Positions 28,462-39,500 of a stretch of 59,189 nucleotides of DNA are shown here, in pieces. The DNA is taken from NCBI GenBank assembly GCA_031266215.1, contig JAISBL010000082.1:1-59189 (forward strand), given 5' to 3'. The first letter of the stretch is position 1, and the number at the start of each line of letters is the position of its first letter. The notes under the pieces were generated by a model. The model was not told the DNA's origin. It did not search any database and saw only the letters and a program-made list of their open reading frames with translations. The position numbers were made by a program, and so were the translations under genes. The DNA is from Tannerellaceae bacterium. GTDB taxonomy: Bacteria; Bacteroidota; Bacteroidia; Bacteroidales; Tannerellaceae.

Positions 28462-28755
28462 TTCATGCCAAATTCTCCGCAAAAGTAGCTTTTTGATTCG
28501 AATACAACAACTCTGGTCTTAAATTATTTAATATTGAATTAATCATATATTCTTGCGGCAAGACTTAATCATAATTGTTAGCGCCGCTTTAGATGCTACG
28601 GGTAATTTCTGCTGATTATATGACAAATATGCTGATCATTTCAAAATTTGACCTACTTTTGCTTCCTAGCAAACGATAGGTTTTATATTCCGACTCATTA
28701 CTATCCGTTTGTTTTTTTAATAATAACCAGTATAAAGTTCAAAAAAGAAAAGAAG

Positions 28756-29085
28756 ATGAAAAAGTTCATTTTATTGTTTGCCGTCTCTTTGTTTCTGGTG
28801 GCAGGCAGCGCTATCGCAGAAGAGGGACATGGAAACCTGAAAGTAGGAGGTGTATGTGAGATGTGTAAAACGCGCATCGAAAAAGCAGCCAAAAGCGTTG
28901 AAGGCGTCGCCACGGCTGTCTGGAATACAGAAAGCCAACAACTGCATATCCATTTTGACACAGGAAAGACAAACCTTGAAACCATCAGCAAAGCCATAGC
29001 CAAATCAGGTCATGACACAGACAAAGACAAGGCCGACGCGAAAACCTACAACGCTTTGCCCAATTGCTGCAAGTACAGGAAATGA
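28756..29085 (+). CDS. Secreted heavy-metal-associated (HMA) domain protein
   Basis: Signal peptide, GVCEMCK (CxxC), C-terminal LPNCCKYR; -7 box at 28654-28661. Confidence 0.88.
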   Translation: MKKFILLFAVSLFLVAGSAIAEEGHGNLKVGGVCEMCKTRIEKAAKSVEGVATAVWNTESQQLHIHFDTGKTNLETISKAIAKSGHDTDKDKADAKTYNALPNCCKYRK

Positions 29086-29768
29086 TGGAACAATTACCCT
29101 TGCTTATTCTTTTACTATATGCGCTGTACGAAGGACTTATCCATGCTTTTGAGGCAGATCATATACTGGCCGTAACCAATATCGTCTCGCAGCGCAGCCG
29201 GATTTCACCCGCACTTAAAGACGGTGTTTTCTGGGGACTTGGACATACTTCTACGATTTTCCTGATAGGGGTCATCATGATATTATTTAAGGTAGGTATT
29301 CCTGAAGGCTCATTTTCATACTTCGAAGCGGCTGTCGGACTGATGCTGATTCTGGTAGCCTCTTACCGCCTATACATTTTTATCAGGGATGAGAGAATCG
29401 TGGTTCATACGCACAAACACGAGCATGAAGGGGCCAACGAACAGCCTCATATTCATGTGCGTATAAAGGGAGAAAATCTGCACAAAACCTCTTACGGCAT
29501 CGGCATAGTACATGGACTGGCAGGTAGCGGAGCTCTGGTGGTGCTGGTTATGACGCAGATCGACACGGTATGGAACAGCCTCCTGTATCTGTTGATTTTC
29601 GGTATCGGATCAATAGCCGGGATGACCCTTGTGGCAGGCGTATTCAGCATACCCTTTTCAAAAAAGCTGATTAACTCGAAAGCCTTGCGAACGTCGCTCG
29701 TTCTGCTATCCTCTGTGCTATGCTTTGCTTACGGATGTTACGTGATATACAAGAACCTGTTTGCCTGA
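29082..29768 (+). CDS. UreH/NiCoT-like nickel transporter
   Basis: HAFEADH, WGLGHT, His-rich loop HTHKHEH, HGLAGS; ATGA overlap with the HMA gene. Confidence 0.82.
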   Translation: MMEQLPLLILLLYALYEGLIHAFEADHILAVTNIVSQRSRISPALKDGVFWGLGHTSTIFLIGVIMILFKVGIPEGSFSYFEAAVGLMLILVASYRLYIFIRDERIVVHTHKHEHEGANEQPHIHVRIKGENLHKTSYGIGIVHGLAGSGALVVLVMTQIDTVWNSLLYLLIFGIGSIAGMTLVAGVFSIPFSKKLINSKALRTSLVLLSSVLCFAYGCYVIYKNLFA

Positions 29769-29769
29769 T

Positions 29770-30549
29770 ATGAATAAGCTGGAGGAACTTAGGACTAAAA
29801 TAGCCGCTTACGAAAGTCTGTGCGTAGCATATTCCGGCGGGGTGGATTCGTCCTTTTTAATGCATGTAGCGCATGAAACGCTTCAGGATAAAGCTCTGGC
29901 CGTGCTGATAGATTCGCCCGTGCTGGCACGCCGCGACAAAGATGCTGCCATAGAGATGCTGACGCGCCTCGGCGCGAGGTATGAGGTGGTGGCTGAAGAC
30001 CCCTTCGCCTCGGCTGACTTTGCGGCTAACAGCAAGATGCGCTGTTATTTTTGCAAGAAGAATAATTACACGCTGATAATGGATGTATCCAGGCGAAACG
30101 GGATACGCTACGTGGCCGACGGACAGAACGCCGATGACGCTCTGTCGGAGCACCGCCCCGGCATGAAAGCCGGAAAAGAGATGGGAGTGCTTAGTCCGCT
30201 TGCCGAATGCGGCCTGACAAAGGACGATATCCGCAAGTACAGCAAACTCCTGGGCGTAGCCACATGGGATAAGCCAGCCAACGCCTGCTTATCGTCAAGA
30301 ATCCCCTACGGCTCGGCCATTACGGCTGAGAAACTAGCCGTAGTGGAAGCTGCCGAAGAAGTTTTGCGTGAAAGAGGCATCGAGGGCTGCCGGGTGCGCT
30401 GGCATGGGCCGGTTGCGCGTATCGAAGCCCCCCGCGAACACTTTGACGCGATAGTACGCACACAGGAAATTACGGAGAAGATCAAATCGTTAGGATTCAA
30501 ATACATTACTCTCGACCTGGAAGGGTTCCGTAGCGGGAGCATGAACTGA
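29770..30549 (+). CDS. larE: LarE ATP-dependent sulfur transferase (NPN cofactor synthesis)
   Basis: PP-loop YSGGVDS, RCYFCK, ACLSSRIPYG, LEGFRSGSMN. Confidence 0.93.
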   Translation: MNKLEELRTKIAAYESLCVAYSGGVDSSFLMHVAHETLQDKALAVLIDSPVLARRDKDAAIEMLTRLGARYEVVAEDPFASADFAANSKMRCYFCKKNNYTLIMDVSRRNGIRYVADGQNADDALSEHRPGMKAGKEMGVLSPLAECGLTKDDIRKYSKLLGVATWDKPANACLSSRIPYGSAITAEKLAVVEAAEEVLRERGIEGCRVRWHGPVARIEAPREHFDAIVRTQEITEKIKSLGFKYITLDLEGFRSGSMN

Positions 30550-30557
30550 CAAGTATT

Positions 30558-31331
30558 ATGGATGTTAGAAAACTGCTGGAAGACGTGAAAACGGGAGCCG
30601 TGACTGTTGACGATGCGGCTGGTAAACTCAAGACAATGCCTTTCGACGACCTCGGCTACGCGGTGATAGACCACCACCGCCGATTACGTAACGGGTGCCC
30701 TGAAGTGATCTATTGCGCCGGGAAGACAATTGCGCAGGTTGAAGGTATCGTAAAAAACATGTTGGAGACAGGACAAAGCAACGTGCTTGCCACACGGGCT
30801 ACTGAAGAGATGGCGCAGGCTGTGAGCAGGCTGTATCCTGAGACCGAATGGAACCCGTCGGCCCGCACCATCGTTGTTCGCAGACAGTTGGCAGAGATAA
30901 GCGGATCAGGAACTATCCTTGTCGTAACGGCCGGGACGTCAGACCTCCCCGTTGCCGACGAGGCGGTGGTGACGGCCGAATTCCTCGGCAACAAAGTCGC
31001 ACGCCTCTCAGACGTGGGCGTAGCCGGCCTCCACCGCCTTCTGGCGCGGCTCGACGTAATCACCTCGGCAAACGTTATCATTGTCATTGCAGGAATGGAG
31101 GGCGCCCTGGCGAGCGTCGTGGGCGGACTGACCGACAGACCCGTTATAGCCGTGCCCACAAGCGTGGGCTATGGCGCCAGTTTCGGCGGAGTGTCGGCCC
31201 TGCTGGCCATGCTCAATTCCTGCGCAAACGGCGTGTCGGTGGTCAATATCGACAACGGCTTCGGAGCCGCCTATATAGCCAGCAGCATTAACAGGATAAA
31301 GCAGGAAAACAAGCCATCGGGAGAAGAATGA
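30558..31331 (+). CDS. larB: LarB NaAD carboxylase/hydrolase (NPN cofactor synthesis)
   Basis: IDHHRRLRNG.PEVIY, AGTSDLPVA, AGMEGAL, VPTSVGYG, VNIDNGFGA. Confidence 0.95.
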   Translation: MDVRKLLEDVKTGAVTVDDAAGKLKTMPFDDLGYAVIDHHRRLRNGCPEVIYCAGKTIAQVEGIVKNMLETGQSNVLATRATEEMAQAVSRLYPETEWNPSARTIVVRRQLAEISGSGTILVVTAGTSDLPVADEAVVTAEFLGNKVARLSDVGVAGLHRLLARLDVITSANVIIVIAGMEGALASVVGGLTDRPVIAVPTSVGYGASFGGVSALLAMLNSCANGVSVVNIDNGFGAAYIASSINRIKQENKPSGEE

Positions 31332-32791
31332 AAAACGACAATTGTTTCAACAGGCTGTTTGTATTATTACTGATCACGCTAACCTTCTGCGCCGGGCTAT
31401 ACGGATTGCCGGGAACGATATTCGAACACAAGATAAAGTCTGTGGATATATTCGCAGATATTCGCACCAGAGACAACGCCACACCCACAACCCTGGATTC
31501 ACTGCGTATACAGCTGGAAAGCAACGAGGCGCCGGAACTGTCCCTCACGGAGGGAGTTCCGGAAGCGCCGTCGTCAACAGCTATCGACTCGATGGCCCTT
31601 TCTGCCTCGCTACGCGATTCTATCAGCCGGGTCATGAACGCCGCCAGAGGCATATCCGACCACACGGGGGCCAGTATAGAAGATTATTCGCCGGGAGGAC
31701 GGCATACGGGGTTGAAACGCTTCTTCTCCGCCCTGAGCCGTAGCCGTACACGACCGGTCAGGATCGCCTTTATGGGAGACTCCTTTATAGAAGGCGATAT
31801 TATGGTGGCCGACTTCCGAAGCGCGATGCAGCAGGAATTTGGAGGGCATGGAGTGGGATTCGTACCCATCATAACGGCCTCCCCGCAATACCGTCCGACT
31901 GTCGACCAGCAGGCCGACGGATGGAAGCTATATTCCATAGTGAACAGCAAAAACCCTGCTTACACTATGTCGGGTATGATGTTTGAACCCAGGTACGACC
32001 AGGCCGGGCTGTCTTTTACCACCACCAGCCGGTATGCTGCACTCAGGAAAGTCAACACCCTGAAACTCCTGTACGATCGGAATGAAAGAACAACTATCCG
32101 GTTTGTATATAATGACATCATGGACACGCTCGTACACACCCTGCCTCCAACCTACTCTATAGCACAGTATGAGATAAACGACACCATATCCGGGGGCAGC
32201 TTCACTTTCACCTCCGCGCAGGGATTCCGCGCCATAGGTATTGCTTTGGAAGACCGTACGGGCGTCGTTGTAGACAACTACTCTCTGAGGGGTAATTCCG
32301 GACTGGTGTTCGAGCAACTGGACCCTGCTGTCAGCGCATCCTTCCGCGAAATACGTCCCTACGACCTTATTATACTGCAATATGGACTGAATGCTATGGA
32401 TGAAGATATGCTGGACTACGGATGGTACGGCGCCCGGATGACCAAAGTCGTCAGACGCTTTCAGTCATGCTTCCCCGAAAGCGACGTATTGATGCTAAGC
32501 GTCCCGGACAGGGCCAACCAGTACAGCGGAACCTTCAGCACCATGCCCGCCGTGCTTGCCCTGCTGCACACCCAGCGCCAGACGGCCCGTACAGCAGGTG
32601 TGCCCTTCTGGAACATGTTCGGAGCTATGGGGGGCGAAAACAGCATGGTACAGTTCGTAGACAAAGGATGGGCCGGAAAAGACTATACACACCTCACCTT
32701 TAACGGCGGCCGGGAGATTGCCCGCAGCCTGATGAAAGCGTTGATGAAGGAAAAAGAATATTATGAAGGTTCGCGGGAAGAGGCTGACTAG
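31328..32791 (+). CDS. SGNH/GDSL-family protein (PatB/AlgJ-like O-acetyltransferase)
   Basis: GDSF, YGLN and DYTH motifs; N-terminal TM. Confidence 0.8.
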   Translation: MKNDNCFNRLFVLLLITLTFCAGLYGLPGTIFEHKIKSVDIFADIRTRDNATPTTLDSLRIQLESNEAPELSLTEGVPEAPSSTAIDSMALSASLRDSISRVMNAARGISDHTGASIEDYSPGGRHTGLKRFFSALSRSRTRPVRIAFMGDSFIEGDIMVADFRSAMQQEFGGHGVGFVPIITASPQYRPTVDQQADGWKLYSIVNSKNPAYTMSGMMFEPRYDQAGLSFTTTSRYAALRKVNTLKLLYDRNERTTIRFVYNDIMDTLVHTLPPTYSIAQYEINDTISGGSFTFTSAQGFRAIGIALEDRTGVVVDNYSLRGNSGLVFEQLDPAVSASFREIRPYDLIILQYGLNAMDEDMLDYGWYGARMTKVVRRFQSCFPESDVLMLSVPDRANQYSGTFSTMPAVLALLHTQRQTARTAGVPFWNMFGAMGGENSMVQFVDKGWAGKDYTHLTFNGGREIARSLMKALMKEKEYYEGSREEAD

Positions 32792-34118
32792 TATCGCGTT
32801 TGTTGCCGGTATAGCCGTTTTGTTCATATGCGCCCGCGATGGCAGGCCGGTCGCTCCGCCGGCCCGTGACATAACCCCGGCGCCCCTTTACGCTGACACT
32901 GTACGGTCAGGGCTGCCTTTCGCCATTGACTCCCTGTGCATTGTTTCCGACCCCGCCCATTCGCTCGATCCGTTCTTCGACGCTCTCGACAGGCTGAGCA
33001 ACGGGACGGATACGGTGATCTCTATCGTACACCTCGGCGATTCACACATACAGGCCGGCCATTACAGCGGCCGTACGATGCGTCTGCTCCAGCAACGCTA
33101 CGGCAATGCCGGCCGCGGATGGATAGCTCCCTTCAAGATCACCCGCACCAACGAACCTGACGATTACTTTATCACAACGCTTATCAGGGAATGGACTTCC
33201 GGCCGGTGTACCCAGAGCACGCCGCGCTGCCCCGTAGGGCCTGGCGGAATAGGGATAAGGACGCCGGCCACGTTTGTCAACTTCGACATATACATCGCCC
33301 CCAACAACGGGGCCGGATACGCCTTCGACCAGGTCGTGGTATACCGCGGAGAACGGTCGATGCCCATACGCCCGGCCGGGCGGTCGCGTGATCTGGCCGA
33401 TGTTTATGACGGTGAAGAGATGCCTCCGGCCCTAAAAATGATTACCGACACGATCCGCATGACATCCCCTGCCGACACGCTCTGCCTGCAAAGCACACGC
33501 CGCAGGGAGGGTACCGATCTGTTGCTGCCCGCCGACTCGTTTGATAACCTGTATTATGGTTTCAACCTTACCAACGGGCAACCCGGACTGCTGTATCATT
33601 CTATCGGGGTCAACGGCTCCATGTTTGTCAACTACACCAATCCCCGCTACATCCGCATGCTGGAAGCGACTTTTCACCCATCGCTGCTGATCGTCTCGCT
33701 CGGAACCAACGAAAGCTTCGGGAGGCGATTCAGAGCTAACGAGTTTGAGAAGCAGGTACGCGACTTCCTCTCCCTCGTAAGAAAATACATGCCCAACACT
33801 GCGATACTTTTTACCACGCCGCCGGAGTGTTACAAAAGGGTAGTAGTAAACAGGCAACGCCGGTACGTACGCAACGAGAACACCGAACATGTGTCTGAAA
33901 CCATCCTCCGGGTAGCCGGCGACGAAGGTCTTGCCTGCTGGGACCTGTTCGCCGCTACGGGCGGAAGGAAGTCGGCTGAAAACTGGTTCCAGGGTAAATG
34001 GATGGGCCGCGACCGTATTCACTTCACCCGCGAGGGATACGAGGAACAGGGCGTTCTGCTCTTCAAAGCCATCTCAAATCTTAAACAGGCAAGGACGAAT
34101 GAACGAGTTGTGGACTGA
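32763..34118 (+). CDS. SGNH/GDSL-family protein
   Basis: HLGDSH, GVNG, LGTNE and DRIH motifs. Confidence 0.82.
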   Translation: MKVRGKRLTSIAFVAGIAVLFICARDGRPVAPPARDITPAPLYADTVRSGLPFAIDSLCIVSDPAHSLDPFFDALDRLSNGTDTVISIVHLGDSHIQAGHYSGRTMRLLQQRYGNAGRGWIAPFKITRTNEPDDYFITTLIREWTSGRCTQSTPRCPVGPGGIGIRTPATFVNFDIYIAPNNGAGYAFDQVVVYRGERSMPIRPAGRSRDLADVYDGEEMPPALKMITDTIRMTSPADTLCLQSTRRREGTDLLLPADSFDNLYYGFNLTNGQPGLLYHSIGVNGSMFVNYTNPRYIRMLEATFHPSLLIVSLGTNESFGRRFRANEFEKQVRDFLSLVRKYMPNTAILFTTPPECYKRVVVNRQRRYVRNENTEHVSETILRVAGDEGLACWDLFAATGGRKSAENWFQGKWMGRDRIHFTREGYEEQGVLLFKAISNLKQARTNERVVD

Positions 34119-35679
34119 CATCGCCGGTCGCTTTGGCGGCCTTTTCTCAAACCTGTCCTTACAGGAACTGGGCGCCGGGTTCCTTTACCGCCCCGACGCC
34201 CCGATGCTGTTCAGCAGCGGACTGTTCCTGTTTCTTTTCATCGGTTTCCTCGCCATCTACATTCCCTTGCGCAAGCGTCTGACGGCCCGCGTGATATACG
34301 TCATCATCTTCTCTCTCTTCTTCTATTACAAAAGCAGCGGACTGTGGTTTATACTCCTCCTCGGCACGGCAACGTCAGACTTCATTATAGGCAGACGGCT
34401 GCCGCTCATCGTCTCCCGCAGGTTGCGCAAACTCATGGTGGCCCTCAGCCTGTGTATAAATCTGGGTGTGCTGGCATATTTCAAGTACTTCAACTTACTT
34501 ACAGACATCTTCGTCAGGATAGCCGGCGAAACAGGTCGCTGGCTGGGCATTGCAGAGTGGCAGATGCCCGGCATAGAACCGGCAGACATCTTCCTGCCTG
34601 TAGGCATCTCTTTCTTCACCTTCCAGTCGCTCAGCTACGTAATTGAGGTCTACCGGCGCAGGATAGAGCCGGTCTACCGCTGGATTGACTACGTGTTTTA
34701 CGTCTCCTTCTTCCCCCAACTGGTGGCCGGGCCGATCGTACGCGCCCGTGAGTTCATACCCCAGATATACCGCCAGCCCGCCCTCAGCCGCGCACATCTT
34801 GGCGAAGGCCTTTTCCTCATACTCTCAGGGCTTATCAAGAAGGCTGTCATATCAGACTATATCAGTCTGAACTTCGTAGACCGCATCTTTGACGCACCCC
34901 TTTTATACACCGGCCTTGAGAACCTGCTGGGCGTATACGGCTACGCCCTTCAGATATACTGCGACTTCTCAGGCTATTCCGACATGGCCATCGGGATAGC
35001 TCTTTTGCTGGGTTTCCGTTTCAGCCTTAACTTCGACTCGCCCTACCGGTCGGCCAGCATCACAGAGTTCTGGCGCCGGTGGCATATCTCCCTCTCTTCA
35101 TGGCTTAAAGACTATCTCTACATCTCACTCGGCGGCAACAGAAAGGGAAAGTTGCGCACCTACATCAACCTCATGCTCACAATGCTTCTTGGCGGACTAT
35201 GGCACGGCGCCTCGCTGAGGTTCATACTTTGGGGAGCAATACACGGCCTGGCCCTGGTAGTGCATAAGTTTGTGACGAACTTCCGCAGAACGCCCGCGGG
35301 AGGCTCCCGTAAGACGGGCAGGCAGCGCCCCTTGTCCCGTGCGGTTGGCGTTTTGTTCACCTTCCACGTAGTATGTTTCGGGTGGATATTCTTCCGCGCC
35401 GACACCATGCAGACAGCCGGTGATATTATGCGGCAGATAGCGACCGACTTCCACCCTGAGATATTCCTGCAATTCATCCGGGGATATAAGACCGTCTGCA
35501 TACTGATGCTTGCCGGATACATTTCACACTTCATGCCCAGGTGCATCGAACGGTTAGCCCGGGACGCCGTCACCCGCTCGCCCCTCGTACTACAAGCCGC
35601 CATACTCGCCGCAGTCATCTTCCTGATAGTACAGATGAAGAGCGCCGGCGTGCAACCATTCATCTACTTCCGGTTTTAA
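34099..35679 (+). CDS. MBOAT O-acyltransferase (PatA/AlgI-like)
   Basis: LPVGISFFTFQ, DFSGYSDMAIG, FWRRWHISLS, GLWHGA; ATG 34099 preferred. Confidence 0.93.
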   Translation: MNELWTDIAGRFGGLFSNLSLQELGAGFLYRPDAPMLFSSGLFLFLFIGFLAIYIPLRKRLTARVIYVIIFSLFFYYKSSGLWFILLLGTATSDFIIGRRLPLIVSRRLRKLMVALSLCINLGVLAYFKYFNLLTDIFVRIAGETGRWLGIAEWQMPGIEPADIFLPVGISFFTFQSLSYVIEVYRRRIEPVYRWIDYVFYVSFFPQLVAGPIVRAREFIPQIYRQPALSRAHLGEGLFLILSGLIKKAVISDYISLNFVDRIFDAPLLYTGLENLLGVYGYALQIYCDFSGYSDMAIGIALLLGFRFSLNFDSPYRSASITEFWRRWHISLSSWLKDYLYISLGGNRKGKLRTYINLMLTMLLGGLWHGASLRFILWGAIHGLALVVHKFVTNFRRTPAGGSRKTGRQRPLSRAVGVLFTFHVVCFGWIFFRADTMQTAGDIMRQIATDFHPEIFLQFIRGYKTVCILMLAGYISHFMPRCIERLARDAVTRSPLVLQAAILAAVIFLIVQMKSAGVQPFIYFRF

Positions 35680-35739
35680 TACTAACCTCCCGGATAAGGG
35701 AAAACCGGCCTGCTCAGTAAGGCAAACTGTTCCCTCTGA

Positions 35740-36404
35740 GGGGGAACGGTAAGGGAGGTAGCAATGACGACGTGGGTGAGCCGTTGATTTTCCTGCATCG
35801 AACCCATGTCACGATGAATCCACAAGCATACCTGTGGGAAGTCCACAAGCATACCTGTGGGAAGTCCACAAGCATACCTGTGGGAAGTCCACAAGCATAC
35901 CTGTGGGAAGTCCACAAGCATACCTGTGGGTAATCCACAAGCATACCTGTGGGTAATCCACAAGCATACCTGTGGGAAGTCCACAAGCATACCTGTGGGA
36001 AGTCCACAAGCATACCTGTGGGTAATCCACAAGCATACCTGTGGGTAGTCCACAAGCATACTTGTGGGGAATCAACAAGGTACCTTGTGAGAATCTAATA
36101 CAGTAGCGTGTGGAACTATCCACACAGGGCGTGTGAACGCTTAACACAGTAGTGTGTGAACATCTAACACAGTAGTGTGTGAGCGCTTAACACAGGGCGT
36201 GTGAACACTTAACACAGTAGCGTGTGAACACCTAACACAGTAGTGTGTGAACGCCTCACACAGGGCGTGTGAACACTTAACACGGGGCGTGTGAAGCGTT
36301 TATAAAGTAGTGTATAAGGAATTCAGGAGGAAAGGTATGCATAGCAGACGCAGAGAAGGGGCGCCGGGAATACAGTAACCTCCGGCTTTTACAGTGTACG
36401 GCCG
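35740..36404 (-). repeat. Modular repeat element, locus 3 (inverted; A x8, linker, B x12)
   Basis: Tail 35740-35820; B units CACAAGCATACCTGTGGGAAGTC at 23-bp period from 35821 to ~36096; linker ~36091-36113; A units 36121-36300; leader to 36404. Confidence 0.93.
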
Positions 36405-36518
36405 CCTGTTGAATGAGTAACCATTTTAACTGAAGATTTGCGCTTTTCAGGGAGAGAGTGCATGCCACACCGGACTTTTCTTACATTGAACCTGTGTTCC
36501 GTGCGCCGGCAGGTACGC

Positions 36519-39500
36519 CTACGAAGGGATATACCACAGGTGGCCTTCTACCGAATCGTATCCCATACGGCGGATAAGGCTGATGTAACCTTCCAACTGT
36601 GTATCATGATGCCTGGAAGGTTTGCCGAATTTATAGTCTACAACTACTACGCGATCGCCGGGGTATATCATGACACGGTCGGGACGGCGGCTCTGACCGT
36701 TGTCAAAGAGTATCTCCACTTCGTTCATTATGCGCGCCGAGCCGTCGTACCATGACCTGACGCCGGGCGCATCGAGCAATTCGTTCAGCGTGGCGGCCAG
36801 TGTGGCGGCCTCCTCCCTGTCTATGATGCCCTGCAGCAGGAACCCGTCCAGAGACCGGCCTATGTCATGCCGGGTGTGTATGGAGCACAGCACTTCGTGC
36901 ATAAGGGTGCCGTGGCGGCGTTGAGGATTGTCTGAGAAGTACCTCCGGCCGTCGAGGCGCAGACCCATGCGCCGGTCGGGCGAGGTGGAGAAGATGCGCC
37001 CGATAGCTATCTCTTCCGTTTTTTCAGCCCCCGGCGTCCCGGGCCTGGGAGGGTGGGAATCTCCAATGACGAGTGTCCCCGATTTGGTGTCGAAGGATGG
37101 GAAAGCGGCGTTTACCGAGGCCCAGAGCAGGTCGGCGACAGAAGATATTTTCTCTGCTTCACCGGTTTTGGCATTCACCTTTGTGGGGCGCGGGGCGAAG
37201 ACGGTCAGCTCTTCTTTCGCCCTTGTGAAGGCCACGTATAACGTATTGATGTTGTCGATAGATGCGTCGAGGCGCTCTTCGCGATACTCTTTTGCAAATA
37301 TGGTGCGCTCCAGCGCCTGCCCGTAGCGCAGGGGAAGGAGGTAAAGCCTGTTGAACGGCGGGGTTTCAGGATGACACCAGAGGGTGACCTGCTGTGTGGG
37401 CTTATGGTCGATCCCCCACTGGCAGAAAGGTATTATGACGGCTTTGAACCCGAGGCCTTTCGACTTATGGATAGTCATTATACGTATGGCATCCTGATCT
37501 TCGGGAGTGGCTATGGTTTTGCGTGATCCCTGCTCGTTCCACCATTCGAGGAAGCGGTCAAGACCGGCGTTTTCTTCCTGCGAGAACTCCAGCGCCATGT
37601 CCATAAAGGCCTGTACAAAGACCTGTTCGCTGTCGGGGAAGCAATCGGGGAAGAGGCGCAATATACCTTCGACCATCTCATAAACTGCGCCGCGTGATAG
37701 GGCGTCAAGAGCAGGCTCAACGTCCTGTGGGAGATCGGGCGACCATGCCCCGCCGCCTGAAGCCATGCAGAAGGAGAGGGCCGCCAGTTGCCTGTTGGTC
37801 GTACTGCCGGGATCTTTCAGGCGGTTCATCAGCGCTACGATGAAGCGCACGGAGGTCGAACGGCTCACGAACAGGGCGTCGTCTGATATGATGTCATAGC
37901 GGTATGCACCCTGCCGGGCGGCGCAGGCCAGCAGCGTATCGGCCACAAGCGCAGCTTCGTGGTTGGTACGCACCAGGATGGCGATGTCTTTAAGAGGGTA
38001 TCCGGCATCCTGCAGGCGTTCCACCTCCCGCGGCAGGCGCGACATGGCCTCTTCTTTCCAGCCGGCTTCCTCGTCCGTCTGGCTGAGGAAGCTGACGCCG
38101 ACACGCCCCCCGGTATGTTCAAATGACGGCGGCACCAGTTGTGCGCATCCGGCGTATGCTTTGACTATGCCTGGGAGATCAAACGAAGATTGCAGCAGGT
38201 CAGGGGCGACGTTGAAGAGTGCATTGTTAAAGTCTACTATCCGGCGGAAACTGCGCCAGTTTTCCGTCAGGCTCTCTTCTTTCACCTGAGCGGGGAGGAA
38301 GTCCTCTTTCACCCGGTCGTCAAGCAGCTTCCAGTTTGAATTGCGAAAGCGGTATATGCTCTGCTTCACGTCGCCTACGATAAGGTTATAGTTTCCGTGC
38401 GACAGGCTCTCGCTGACCAGCGGCCGGAAATTATGCCACTGCATATCACTGGTATCCTGAAACTCATCAATCATGTAATTGTTGATGCGCGTACCCGTCC
38501 TCTCGTAAACGAACGGCGTGTCGCTCCCGTCTATTATCCTGTTCAGCAGTTCGGTTGTATCGGCGAGCAACATTATATTCTTCTCCCTGCGGTAAGCGGC
38601 GATCTGGCCCGCCACGTCATTGAGGATGCCAAGGGTGTAATAGTTACGTACGATCTCTTTGGCCGAATAATAATTCGTCATTCCGGCGAACCGCTCCACG
38701 ATGTTGTTTATACATTCGTTCAGGCCATCGTCGAAGGCGCATAGGATAATCTGTACGACGCCGGGGGGCGTTGTCTTTGTATACCATGCATCGGGGTTAT
38801 CTTCCATCGCCACGAACGCAGCCGAAGGCTCCTTTATGTCTCCACGGGCCAGCTTGTCAAAATAAAACATTGTCGATCGGCTCCCGCCCCTGAAGTCCGA
38901 AGGTTGCAGGGCGTACCGGCTCATAATCTCCATCCCCCTTTTCCCCAGCTCCCTAAGCTCGGCCTCCGTCGTGCTGATGATGGAGTAAAGTTCGTTCTTA
39001 TAGCTCTCCAGCGTCTGCTTATCTGCTATGTCATGATGTATCTTTTCGCTGAAAGCCTTATACCGTTCTTTAAATATCTCGCGGCTGAGCGACATTATTT
39101 CGCGTCTCAGGTTCCACTCGCCGCCGCTCTCCACCTTGTCTTCGGCAAAGCGCAGAAGCCATCCCAGCAGCTCCCGGCTTTCGGGCCTGTCCAACTCTCC
39201 AAGCATATTGTCGATGGCGACCGAAAGCGCCATATCCTGGTCTGTTTCTATACCGTACCCGCCCTGAAGGCCCGCTTCGCGCGAAAAAGCCCTCATTATT
39301 TGCTGGAAGAAACGGTCGATAGTACTTATGTTGAAAGAAGCATAGTCATGCAGTATGGTAATCAGCGTCTTCTTCGCTTTCAGGCGCACCTGCTCCCCTG
39401 ACAGTCCATACTCACAGCGCAACATATCCATATAGCCGGATGGACGTCCTGTGGCCAGGTTGTATAACTCCTCCACTATACGGCTTTTCATCTCGGCGGT

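Noticed and set aside
35821-36300. TIGR-like guide RNA array
   Set aside because: The period is 22-23 nt, variable positions are few and recurrent rather than unique, and no Nop-domain gene is adjacent.
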